A DNA stretch of 64,000 nucleotides from Camelus ferus (lineage: Eukaryota), in NCBI RefSeq assembly GCF_009834535.1, contig NC_045696.1, forward strand, positions 31,746,001 to 31,810,000. The letters are read 5' to 3'. Both the position numbers and the translations under genes were made by a program. The notes under the pieces are model-generated. The model worked only from the letters and a program-made list of their open reading frames with translations, had not been told where the DNA came from and ran no database searches. Shown in pieces: positions 51,995 through 64,000 of the stretch. Every line of letters begins with the position of its first letter. Within the stretch, counting starts at the first letter, position 1.

Positions 51995-52885
51995 AGTGTG
52001 CAAGTATCATCACGGTTGATACCACCTGCTTCTTGCATTAAAGATGTTGAATCACTTTCCTCTCCTCTTAAACCCGGGCTGACCCTCTGACTTGCTGAAT
52101 TCCTTAATTTGAAAATGCACTTCCTAGATCCCCCTTTAAGGAAAGACTTACTGTCCAGCTGTGAAGTATACAGTCACTAGCGAGCTTACAGCTGCCACTC
52201 TGCCTCACTTAAAGAGAGCCATGTCACTGAAAGTCAGTTTCTTTCCAGGCTGCCCAGTTGCAGGGCCTGAGAAGGAAGGAAAATACGGGCTCAGTCACTG
52301 CGGTCCAATGCAGGACACTGACAGGCAGGACTTACCCCAGAGCTCGCCACGTGGCTTGAGGCTGCTGAAGCCGCAATGCAGCTCGACTTCTCCCTCACCC
52401 CTATCACGTTTCCTCTCTTCCTCTACAGGTGCTAGTCCATAATAAATAACTTATATCCCAAAGACCATCACATTATCTACTTCTAGAGAGCACAACCTGT
52501 GCTATTTGTTTTGGCCAATAAAATGTGGCATAAGTGGCACTGTACCAGCCCTGAGGATACACTTTAAAAAGCCTTGCAGATTTCTACTCTAAGAACTCTA
52601 TCAAGATACCATATAAACAAGTCCTGAATAGTCTGCTGTAAAGTAAGAGACCTGTGAAGCAGAAAGGAACTATCCCAGCTGAGGCCTTCCAAAACCACCA
52701 GCACCGAATCAACCCAGCAGCTGGCTGTAGACACAGGAATAAATCCTTCTTAGGTGAGAAGAACAGCCCAGCTGAGCCCAGCCCAAATTGCTAAATAGGA
52801 GAATCAGGAGCTAAATAAATGGTTGTTGTTCTGAGCCATTAAATCCTTGATACGATTTTTCACAAAACAAAAGCTGTCTGACTAC
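51995..52885 (+). mobile_element. MLT1G/H-like MaLR LTR split by LTR16
   Basis: 'gggctgaccctctgacttgc' rejoins 'tttggccaataaaatgtggca', then 'gcccagctgagcccagcccaaattgct...taaataaatggttgttg'. Confidence 0.8.
52096..52504 (+). mobile_element. LTR16-like ERVL solo LTR
   Basis: 'ccccagagctc...tgaggc...gcagctcgacttctccctc...ttcctctacaggtgct...aataaa...caacct'. This element explains ORF 52161..52442. Confidence 0.8.
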
Positions 52886-53492
52886 ATAAGCATACATAAT
52901 ACTTCTAAAAATATAAACGTGAATTTACTTGAATTTTTAGTATTTTTATTAACTCTTATAAAACTATAGTAATTAACATATTATTAGCTCCTAGGATATT
53001 TTCAGCTGGATTCACACAGCGGCGATTATCTCTGGGGATGCCTATAAATCTGGCACTGACTCTTGATCAAGATAAAGGGATTTAACTAACTAATGACTTA
53101 CCCTGTGCTGTTTCACATCTGAAACTCCCTTGTGGAACTCAGACCCAGTTGGCTTATGGATAGCTTGCACCTGAAGTAATCACTTAGACAAATGGACTTA
53201 ACAATGTAAAAGGAAGTCATGAAAGACCCACTGGAAATTTTCAGGTAGCTCTCCCCAAATCAATATTCATCATACAAATTTTGGTGATTCAATTTAGACA
53301 AAATACATCCTTGTGTTCACTGCAAGGACTTAAGGGAGATGCTTCTGGAAGTTTGAGGGGCCCCTAATTCTTGTCTGAACTCTCTCCCTCTTTTTCTTGT
53401 GCTTTATCGTATCCTTTGTCTTTTTAAAAGCCTTACATTTAAATGCTCTGTTGTCTCAAGAGTTCTTTCAATTATGCAATGTATTATTTTCA

Positions 53493-53495
<3 letters not shown>

Positions 53496-53531
<36 letters not shown>
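53496..53531. repeat. (GT)18 microsatellite
   Basis: Perfect GT run. Confidence 0.97.
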
Positions 53532-53533
<2 letters not shown>

Positions 53534-53731
53534 TTTTCCAGGTACTCTTCAAAAATTCAGGAGAACTGATTTATTAAATTTCTTAGGAGGTAAATATCTA
53601 AGAAAATCATATTTGCACAAGATCAAGATCAAAACTGAATGTGCTTTTCCTTCTTGATAAGGGTCTTTGTAAGTGTGGTCATATTTTGTTTGAAATTTTG
53701 CTTCTGGAGAGGTAAAAAAATGTTCAATCCC

Positions 53732-53813
53732 AAAAAGAAAAAAGAAAAACAAAAAAAGAAAAAAGAAAAACAAAAAAAGAAAAAAGAAAAGAAAAAAGAA
53801 AGAAAACAGAAAC
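53732..53813. repeat. A-rich tandem repeat with a unit of about 21 bp
   Basis: About three copies of aaaaaaagaaaaaagaaaaac. Confidence 0.9.
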
Positions 53814-54894
53814 AGCTTCAAATATAAAAAAGTAAATATATTGTTTATAAACATAAGAAATATAAAAATGATTTAACACCATAACATAACGACAAATCAA
53901 AAGAAAAATAAAGCATTTAATACAGAGATTCAACTTCACACAAAGGGTCAACAGAACATGATTAAAGGGTATTAGGGCTCTGGAATACAATGCATGGTCA
54001 AAGTAATATTCTTTAAAAACTGGATATGTTGCCTGAATATCCTAGGATAATCATTCCCTGAAGCTAATGACGTAAAGGTTCCTAGTAGAATGAAAATGTG
54101 TTACTAACATCTGGAAACAACTTTATTAATTAAGCAATATATACCCCAAAACTATGAGCAGAGTAGTAATTATTCTGCAAATCTCCTACAGGAGAAAATT
54201 CCTGATAAAGCTGATCATAGCACAAAAGATCCATGATTAACGAAGTTAGCAAGAATATTTAAAGGGATGTAGTAGAATAAAAAGGACTAGAGGACATGCT
54301 ACAGTGAAGAATCCCCAGAAATTTGGAAGTAATGAGAAGAGCGAAACACCAAAGAGAATGAAATCTCAACAAAGGCAACAGTTACTTAATGTGTATCATA
54401 GTTTCTACATAAACAAACAGGAGAGCTGTACAGTGAAACACTCAATGGTTTAAAGTATTCAACACTTCCCAAGTATAAAATACTACTGGTGAGTAGCTTA
54501 ATTCCACAAATACTGTGTTACTACATGTGTGGGTAACAGATTAACAAAACATTTTCTCTTCCTTCCTGAGAATTTGACCTTAGGTTAACTTTCTAAATGT
54601 TCCCTGGCAACTTAATAAGGTGGTAGTTCTCCATGTTTCTAAGCAACAAAGATTATGGTAAAAATAACCTTTTTTGGCAAATTTCATCTGGACTAAGAGA
54701 TCTAAAACTACCTGATAAGAAGCCATAGCTTGAGGCTCCCCTGAGTGTGATAACTCTAGGTATATGTCTTCAGAGGACTCTGGAAGCTATGTCTATGGAA
54801 TTCTGGCAAATGACATTGGCTCCTGTGGGGAATGAGACTTTTAACTCATGTCAGATCATGGACCTATCTGATGTACACCTCCTCTCCTTGCAGG

Positions 54895-55805
54895 TGTCAA
54901 CCTTAAACATGTGAAATAAAATTCAGATTTTATGGCAAGACAAGAAAAATTTAAACATAGAAATCTTCTCTGCACTTTAGCCTCCTGTCTCCCCTCACTG
55001 TGCATTGTGTACTTGCATTATGCATTGACCAAACTTCCCGTATCAGCAAAAATACCTGCTCAACCATAAAGAGCAGTATTCTCCTAGCATCTACAAAACA
55101 ACTCCTTAAAAGATAACATTCTTTTTTGATCTTGCAAGAGGCCATAATGATGCTTATATCTGGACTGCGGAAAACTGTGAATAGCACATCATTTAAAGCA
55201 GACCCTCTGCCTCGATAAACTTACGTAACTGTGCCATGACCACTAATGGGCGGAACTGTTCTCAGAGCTTTCTGAGATTCTGTTCCCGGGTTATAATCCT
55301 CAAATTTGGCTCAACTAAAATTTTCCATTTCTTTCTTAGATCGGCTGATTAATTTTTCACCAACAAATACAATAATTAATAAATTATGAAAGCAGAGTTG
55401 AGTTTATTCAGGGATAGCAGAGGAATGGCAGTCCAGGACAAGCAAGCTATGGTGAACTACAGGCAAGTCTGAAGACACAAAGAGGTTAGCTTTTACTAGG
55501 TTTCAGGATGGAAACTGGGGAAGGCTGCTCTGAATAAAAATTCACTGGATAAAAACAAGAGTTTGAGGTTGTGGCAGTTTTTCATTGGCTGCAAGTAGTG
55601 ATCAGTGCATTGTTGTGGGGCAGGGAGAGAGCTTCCTTTTCTATAAAGCAGGCAAAATTACTATGTGAAAAATACCCTCCCATGTCAAAATAATTCTTAG
55701 CTTTCTTCTTCCTCCTGGTTATGTAGGTTGCAACAAGTGAGAGAGCTCCCATTTTAGGGCTTCCTGAATCTACTTTAAATGAGGTTTCCTTTATTTATTT
55801 TCACA
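54895..55805 (-). mobile_element. ERV1-type LTR carrying a nested LTR
   Basis: Same termini as 23384-23853. Flanks cagg/caag. Confidence 0.75.
54910..55365 (+). mobile_element. ERV1-type solo LTR (nested)
   Basis: tgtgaaa...caaca ends, with 'ttctcagagctttctgagattctgttcccgggttataatcctcaaatttggctc'. Flanks aaca/aata. Confidence 0.75.
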
Positions 55806-56029
55806 CAAGCAAGCATATGGGTCACCAAAATGTCTCCTGCAGAAAAGGAGTGCTTGATGCTTCCCCGATGGAAAATTATGATTTCCATCCTAAATCCTTC
55901 CTAGTAGCCCAGTGACAAATGTGGCTTATAACAAGCCTTGGAATCTGCTATTTGATTCTACCAAGATCACTTGGTGGGCACTGTACTCCACTTGTGTACA
56001 GTAGTCACATGCTAATAAAATGTGAGCAG

Positions 56030-56126
56030 CTCATCTGCAAAGGCCCTATTTCCAAATAAGTTTACATTCACAGATATTGGGGGTTAGGACTTCAACATCT
56101 CTGAGGACACAATTCAAACCATAACA
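56030..56126 (-). mobile_element. MLT1B/C LTR 5'-end fragment
   Basis: 'catctgcaaaggccctatttccaaataag...gggggttaggacttcaacat...gacacaattcaaaccataaca'. Confidence 0.85.
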
Positions 56127-59100
56127 GAAACAGCCCTCCAGGGCTAAAATCGTAAAGGTCAGGAAGGATCCCTAGTTAATTAAATGAGGCACCCCTAAAT
56201 TTTTTCAGGGATATTTTAAGTTAGAAGCAGCATAGAAATAGTAAATGTTTCCTTCCACCACCAAGACAACTTTCCTCTATCAAGGGCCAAAGTGATTTAT
56301 TCATGGGATGAAACCAAAATCAAGTTAACTTCCATCCCTTTTCCACCTTCGAAAAAATACTTATCACAATACAATTTCAAGACATCATCACCAAATTCAA
56401 TACACATGACATATATTGAGTAAGGAAACTGTATATAAGCAAACTGGAAAAATAACTGCATACATTCTTGAGAAGTTTACATACAAGTGCAAGACAGTAG
56501 TCTTCCTCACATAATCTATGAGTCAAGCCTTTAATAAAGTCTATCTCTGATTTACGTACATGTCAAAACAGATACCGAGAAATGGGATACAGTCTAGTAT
56601 ATGAAATCAAAAAATACCCTAACAGGTATAAAACAGAATGAAAGTGTTAAAGTCAGTTTCATAATAAAACATTTATAATATGACAACTTCTACTCCTTGT
56701 TAACATGGTTAAGTTATCATTATTATTCATTATGATTTGTTTCTTCTCAGAATACTGGAGGCTACTAATTAAAAACCTAGTTTAAGTCTCTTATTTAATT
56801 TTCTAAATGCTGATTAAAAGCTCTCCCAAAAATCATCCAAATATATGTTTTAATCATATTTTCAGCTAAAATTGCACTTTTTAAAATAAAAGTGATGATA
56901 TTTGCCTATCAGAAATGCTATCATGCTATCTGAAATTTATTCCTAATTTTTTTAATTATGGCTTACCATGAGGAAATATTTAGTGCCTTGTGAGTCCTCA
57001 AGAAAAACAGAATGACAACACTTGGCAAAGTTCCTGGGTTAGTGATCTTTGGGCTTAACTTCATAGTAAAATTACAAAAACATGTTATATTTTGTAAAAA
57101 GTATATAAATCACATGAGAATATACTCAAAACCTTAGATAATTTATCAAAACCTTAGATAAATCACTAAACACTACAGTATGATGTACTAAAGATCTGCC
57201 TGTGTAAGGGTGCTCAGCATGTGTGCTCCACATTGTGCTAGGTTATCATCCTGCAGTAAACTCAGATGGTTCCTCAAATCAAAGCCCATTTGCAGATTTG
57301 TATTTCATTGAATGTATCCAATACGTCATATAATGCTATTGCTTTAGACATATACGTTATAAGAATACCAAAATAGTTGTAGAGCTTAAACTGGCATCTG
57401 TTCCATATCCACAAAATGATTTTTTCCTCTTTTTTTCCGTTTCTGAGATATTTGACAAGGTTGTCTCTACTTTAGTAAACTACTGCTTAATTTCTCCCTT
57501 GAACTTCCAGCTGGAAGTTGTGATATAAACAGGGTTGGTCATTACACCTCTCCCAGTCTGGAGCAGACTTCACTTGGAAGGGTAACCATGTCAGTCCTTT
57601 AGGTTCATGTTAGTTCTCTTTTCATATTTGAAAATATATCTTTCTATGCTATCTTTTGATTATTTAACTTTTGATCAATCCAGAATAGTCTTTTCACTAA
57701 CACTATGAAAATTCCAAATATTCCTCCCTGATTTTATCCATGTTTAAGGACCTTGTAAGTGTTCCTTTATTCTACAGAAGTCAGTGGGTGAGAGCACTTT
57801 CTCTTTTAGCAGAGGGAATAACATTGAGCTCATTTTAAGTCTATTGCTCTAGGCTGCTCAAGAACATTCTCTCTTCTAATTTTCATAATATCCTTTGACG
57901 AGGATATCAGAATTCACGTGGTCATGACTCGAAGACTTAGAGAATTAGAGTAATTTCTAAGATCACAAACCTAGTGGCGAGCTGTAATCCACCCACGGTC
58001 TATGTCACTCCAAAGTCCAGCTTTGCCTGTCCCATCAAGCTGTGCATTTCTACCATTAATTGGTTATTTTATCATAGGTAAGTCATCAAACTACTTAGAA
58101 TATTGCTTCCTTTATTTGTAAAACAAGGGATGGAGGGCTGCTACCTTATAAAATTCTGATATGTGTGACACATATATCATCTATTACTTAAATTATCTGA
58201 GTAACATTTTTGAGATTGAAAGGATACAGTTAATAATTATGCCAGAGAAACAGACACACAATGAAGGGCAAGCTGGTTCTCCTCAGTACAGCTGGTGTGT
58301 TCTCATGCACTTTTAATCCAGTTCAATATATTTTCCATAGAGAAATTATTTGTGGCTCCTTCCTCACCATAGATAGTAATAAGATCTGCAAAGGTAAGGA
58401 TCTTTGTTTTGTTTAACCCTTTTTCCAAATGCCTGGAAACCACTAGACAATAGACATTTCCTCAATGTATAAAAGAATGATTGGATGAGTGCATGGCTGT
58501 TTGGGAAAATGAATTAATGGGTGAAAGAAGAAAGGGAAGAAGACAAAAAATAAAAAGCTTTAACCAAGTATAACTATGTAATACAGATTCCTAAGTATAG
58601 CCAGCATCAGCACTTAGAGGTAGAAATACAGAACTCATTAATTTAGTAATAGTCAGTATCAAAACTTACGTTGCCTGATGCCCTCCCTGTCTAGAAATTT
58701 TTCCAATAAACAATATGCTCAGAATTTATAATAATGCTATGTACTCACTGACATTCTGTAATAACTTCAATGAGCATATTTGTGCTTAATAGTTATTAAT
58801 GTTCTATTCCTGGAAAACATTTTTGGGTAGCTAATGACTTGAGAAACAGTTATAATTGAAAGTTAATTGAATAAGGCTTAAAATTTCATGTATAATATGA
58901 TCACACCTATTTGATAATATAGGCATAAGATTGATGAGAAAAATAAAATCTTACAAAATTTTTTGGCTTTATCGTCTTTTATATGGCTAGAGGTTACTAG
59001 TTAAAAACCTACTTTGAGTCTCTTATTTAAGTTTTCAAAGGTGTTAAAATTTCTTCTAAAAAATAATTCAAATATATGTTTTAATATTTTCAGATAAAAT

Positions 59101-61720
59101 TATACCTACAGATATATGTGAATAAGTATTCATAGAGATATACTTCTGTGTAAAAATAATTATAAAGTAAACTGGAGGTAAATGCTTCTTAATAGGATAA
59201 GTAGAACCTGAATTTTCTTTCTTTAACTTGAAAGTGATGATATGAATTTCTCTGTCAAATACTGAAGTTTATGTTAGCCTCATTCTGATTTTTTTTCTAC
59301 TTAATTCCTGAGCTTTCAGATTTGGATGACAACTATTGCAGAAGTTTAAGTATATGAATAAACAACTAGGAAAACCTTGAATTTATGAGTAACTATTAAA
59401 AAATTCCTAAGTTTATATCTGACACTCATTTCATTGGGAAAATGCAAATATCAGAAATTTGTAAATATGTTAGATAATCACTCAATTATATAACACCATA
59501 AGATAAACATCCCAGAGCAAATCAAACTTCAGTGTGGACCAATGAAGTTCAAACTATATCAAATATTATTTTTTTTCATTCTTATTACATCTGGGATTAA
59601 TCATTGATAAAAGGTACATTTACCTTATCAGTAAATAGGAGTAATTTGGGGAAAAAAACAGAGAATGAAAATTTAAATATAGATCTGAATTACTCCAAAC
59701 CCTGTATACCCAGTATGAGTTCTATTATTGAAAGTACCAAAGATAGCCTAATATGTATATAGATATACATATAGATATAGATATAGATAGATATCTATAC
59801 ATATATAATTTTTTTAATGAAATTCTCCTTTAGGCTGCCCATCTGTAATGATATCCCATTGCTGTCATCCATATTGACTTTTCCTTGCCTGAAATATAGG
59901 TATAGTGAAGCTAAAAGATTATTCATGATAGAAAGAAGGAACTAGCATTAAGTAAAATGTAAAAAGGAAAAAAACTGGTATGAATGGTTATTTTCTATAG
60001 CTTAGGAATCTTCTCCTCAGGCTAAAAATTCTTTTTGATACACTGCAACCAGGAGAATTTGTCTCATAATTAACTGGCTTGGGACATGCGGGGATTCAGG
60101 GATTTTAATGCCCCCTGTGTGTAAAGTTGCTTTTCATGTCATTATCTTTCTAGTCAACATCCTCACTATTACCTAAACCTTAACATCTGATACTATGAAG
60201 CAGAGCCTGAATTTTTCCTTTCTTCCAGGGGAAGTTGTCTCATATTCTTGACAGCAACAGATTCCATGTATGATCAAAATAAACTAGTTAATATCATAAA
60301 TGATATGACATGTTAAGAAAGACCTGATGTAAATCATATTATTACTCTGAAAGAAATTACACTTCAGAAATAATTCTGTTTTCAAGACATTTTCATTATA
60401 ATGTATATCTCTTACTACACAAAATATTTCTACTTGAGATGCCAAAAGATGGTACCATTATTAAAAGACTGATGATTAACAGAAAATACTAAAGTGTTCA
60501 AAAATTCCTGTATTTTATTAAAAGTATTAGTGTTTTCATTAGAAACTTTTCTGCTGCATAAGTTTGGCTAAATTGTGTTAATTTAATTAGCATGCATTAA
60601 CTGTACTGGTGCCTTTTCCCACAAGTTTCATTACTCTCTCTTTTCTATGCTTGTATTTAATTCACCCACCCAGAAAGTTGTATGTTACCAACAATTACTC
60701 CTTGAGTACCACAAGTAAAACACTATGTATAAGAAATTTTAGAAGATCTAAAATCTCATGCATATTGGTTTAGACATTCAGCAACATAATTTTACTGAAG
60801 AGAATAAATATATAAAAATTAAATATCAATGTCAAATAACTATGCTTCAAAATAGGTTTCTTTCAACTGTCACATTGAATTACACAGTAAATGAGACAGC
60901 TTGAATAACCAGTTTGAAGCCTTTTAAATAATTTTAACCCCAGCATGCCAGTGAAGACATTGCTGTACATTAATGAAACCTTTGATTCACCTACCAAATA
61001 ACAATCTATTTTTATTTTTTCTTCCTAAATTTCGTCTTATGGATAGACTGCAAAAGCAGGTATAAATAATATACATCTTGTCAAGAGTGCCACCTTGAAT
61101 GAACGAAAAGTACTAGCCAGCCCATCAATTTCAAAATAGTCTCATTCTCTGTTCTGCTGAAGCATATTTTTTAAAAAGGAAAAAAGGGAAAAGAAAAAAA
61201 AGTTGATGAAGCCCATCAGGAAAATGTATTTTACACTAGAGAATAAGAATAAAAACTTGAAAAATAATCACTCTACCTTCTTGTGTGAGCCCAGAGAAAA
61301 GAAATACTTGAGGAACAGAATATATAAATTGCTTCCATAAGGAAAACCTACTAAATTTTTTTTTAAGTACTGATTCAAAAATTGCTGTGATTTTAGTACA
61401 ATCTCAATTACAGTGCCATAAATCGATGTCCAGCATCATTATATCATTTTCTTTCTTAAGTCTACTCATAGAAGCAGCAATACTAAGTAGATGAGAGTTC
61501 TAAAAATTACTATTTTCTACACAGTGTACACCAAATTATTTTGACTGTATATTTTATTTCATAAGAATAAATAAAATAAAAATGATATGTCCTGGAATCT
61601 TACACAAAAAGGGTAATATATTTAATTTCATTTATCACAACGGTTTTCTCAAGTTTTGGAAATGTACTGCATATGTGTATTATGTATACATATACATAAA
61701 CACATGTATTTAATTATATT

Positions 61721-62270
61721 GTATATTGTTTGTTTGACTGGTACTCCGGATCCTTTACTACCAGCTTTCCAGTACTTTGATATATGAAAAGCAACATATT
61801 ATAGAACTCAGATTTCCTTGAAGTCAGTTATGGATTCAATTTATAAATTCCACCAATGAGAGACATGTGTTAAAGCTGTGGAAAATGAGTTGAGGAACAG
61901 ATTATCATCTTGCTGCAGCTACTGCCAGCCCAGAAGGCCAAAGGGATGTAAATATTGGAGACTTCCCTCAATTCTCCAAAGTCTAGACTCCAACTTTGGG
62001 AGAACCCTGAGGCAGTTGAGGCAGAAGCCAGCAATTTCAAAAGTGGGGACAGCTGAGGAGGCAGAAGCAGCAGCATTGCCTTTTCTTCTGGATTAAAATT
62101 AAGGTATGAGTATGCATTTGAAATCACTAATCCACTGGCCGCCACTTCATTTTTGTTTCTCCAGACTTTCCAATAATTGGCAAGTATGTAATGCCTTGCA
62201 TTAAATCCTTTTTTTCTTTGAAAAAATAAAATGTTTTCTGTTTTCTGGACCGTTATCCTGAATGAAATCA
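61721..62270 (+). mobile_element. LTR33-like ERVL LTR
   Basis: 3' end 'ccttgcattaaatcc...tgttttctgttttctggac...cctgaatga' with a GC-richer core. This element explains ORFs 61870..62298 and 61878..62096. Confidence 0.6.
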
Positions 62271-62739
62271 CAAATAGGGAAAAGTGAAATTCTCCCAAGA
62301 CAGGCCTTGGAAGGCTGTGTGTAATATTCCATTATCTCCATCTCAAGACTATACTTCTTTCCTTTCACTATATACTTGAAAGATGCCGTTCTTCTGCATA
62401 AATTGTTGAAATGAGAGGATAAAAAAATACTATTTTGAGCATGAACTCTACACACATCGGTGGTAAAAGTGTTGGAACTTCAGTGGAAAGAGTATGGAGA
62501 GTGAAGACTTTAAATTTGAGAGCATTTCCATTCTGCAGAGATAAACTTTAATCATTGAGCCTCTTGTTCTTTTGTTTTGGAAAATCATGAAATTGGACAG
62601 TACATAGATATTTTTTTTACCAAGAATCCAGTTCTATGGAGACTTGTCTTTCCCTGACTTGACAATTTTTTAAGGCCATGTGGATAAAGTATGCCTGAAG
62701 CCCTGATTTAAATGCCCAGGTAATAGATCCCTGACCCTG

Positions 62740-63152
62740 GTCTAAACATTCGGGGAGGAGTTTCATGATCTTGGCCACCAGTATGTTCAAGTATCATTCC
62801 AATCAGAGTCTTTCCTTGAATTAGAATCGATGATATCTCTTTACTGGTATCAAAGGTTATAAACCTAGTAAATTTGGAACTCTGAAGGCTACCATGTACC
62901 TATGTGAAGAGACTACCATGTATCTATGTGAAGAGACTAAGTCTGTGAACTAAGCCATGCCAAGATGAACAAAGCCAAGAGTAGGAGACAAAAAGCCAGT
63001 CCTAAATTAGTTTAAATCCTTGGATCCAGGTGTGCTTGGAGGGAATTTACACTGTATACTTTGCAGTAACATAAGCGTGTACGCTCTCAATTTGTTTTTA
63101 GCTTAAGTTTATACTAGGATTTGCAACATTAAAATTCAGTAAATCCTAAAAT
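62740..63152 (+). mobile_element. Old MLT1K/L-like LTR
   Basis: 'ccaatcagagtctttcc...tggatccaggtgtgcttgga...ttttagcttaag' motifs. Confidence 0.6.
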
Positions 63153-64000
63153 AGATCCATTCATTGGGTAAAAACTCTGAAGCCACATTAAATAAATGGC
63201 TTAGTTTGGAAAACTAAGTTTTCTGCTTGTTAACATGTATGTGTATGATCTTTTGCGGTTTTATAAACACTGTTGCTTCTCTAGGAAAGGTTTATTTTTT
63301 AAAACTATGGATTTAATCTGGTTTTCCTCTGGATAATATTGCCTGGGCTTGGAAAGTTTGTGTATAGTTTTGAGCCAGTTTTGCTCATAGGGTAATTACA
63401 ATTAGAATCCAAATAACCACTCAGAATGCATGCAATCTGTGTTTACCGGTGGTGAGAGGAGTAAGAGCAAAAACTGGAACTCCAGGTAGAGACGACATGG
63501 TATGCAGGGCTACCTCTGACAGAAGCTGCTCTGTTAAAAATAGGGAGAGAGGAATTCATCATGAAGCCATTCAAAGTTAGTAAAGTGGCTCTCAGAACAG
63601 TTATAGCTAACAGAAATTATATTATATTATAGTATCAATCTATTTTAATTTCTCCAAATGGTTTGTAAAATCTTGTTACATGTTGAGGCCTTGCCTTTGC
63701 CATGATTGTAGTAAAATATGAGCGAGTTCCAGGAAGATAAACAGAAATGCAATGTAACTATAAACGTAATGAGAGATACCAAAAATTTACAGTAACCAAT
63801 AACATGTAGAGTGAGCTCATAAGAAGAATAGAGACATTTCACTAGATTCAGAACTCAGTCTGACACAACAAATAATCCTGATCTGTGGTGGATCATTTTT
63901 CACTCCTTGGAATATCATAGGAATATTTTTGAAAAGAGGGACTTAGCAAAATGACTTCCTAAAATTCAAAACATAGAGGCTACTACACATTTACAAGATG

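Noticed and set aside
53549..53854. Poly-F and poly-K ORFs
   Set aside because: They are translations of the A-rich repeat.
60229..60267. 39-nt phase-0 micro-exon candidate (GKLSHILDSNRFH), reminiscent of SCPP/histatin-type exons
   Set aside because: The donor (CAT|GTATGA) is weak, and I found no signal-peptide exon or partner exons.
61870..62298. 142-aa minus-strand ORF
   Set aside because: It overlaps an LTR33-like element, has a non-ATG start and shows no recognisable domain.
1..64000. CRISPR array, operon or other novel multi-gene system
   Set aside because: There is no repeat-spacer array and no long non-TE ORF. The content is mammalian repeat-rich non-coding DNA.

Overview
AT-rich, CpG-poor mammalian DNA that reads as intergenic or deep-intronic and is dominated by transposable-element fossils. 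It contains lineage-specific and old LINE-1 fragments, MaLR/ERVL/ERV1 LTRs (several nested, plus one near-complete MLT1 provirus), Tigger1, MER8- and MER45-like DNA transposons, L2/MIR remnants and an RTE-clade LINE endonuclease fossil. The young L1 3' ends look cetartiodactyl, probably camelid. This is an inference from recalled consensus sequences and from seeing no Alu, B1, Bov-tA or PRE-1 SINEs. I found no credible host protein-coding gene, RNA gene or CRISPR array, and the listed ORFs are TE-derived or chance. The most notable non-routine items are a TSD-flanked orphan retrocopy (7713-8024), a probable short L1 3' transduction (5164-5215), a near-consensus CTCF motif (33972-33987), an 89-codon open RTE endonuclease frame (50749-51018) and a diverged local duplication around an exon-like cassette (about 56630-57115 vs 58845-59480). 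I see no support for a novel multi-gene system. All repeat family names come from memory of consensus sequences, not from a database search, and boundaries of old repeats are approximate.
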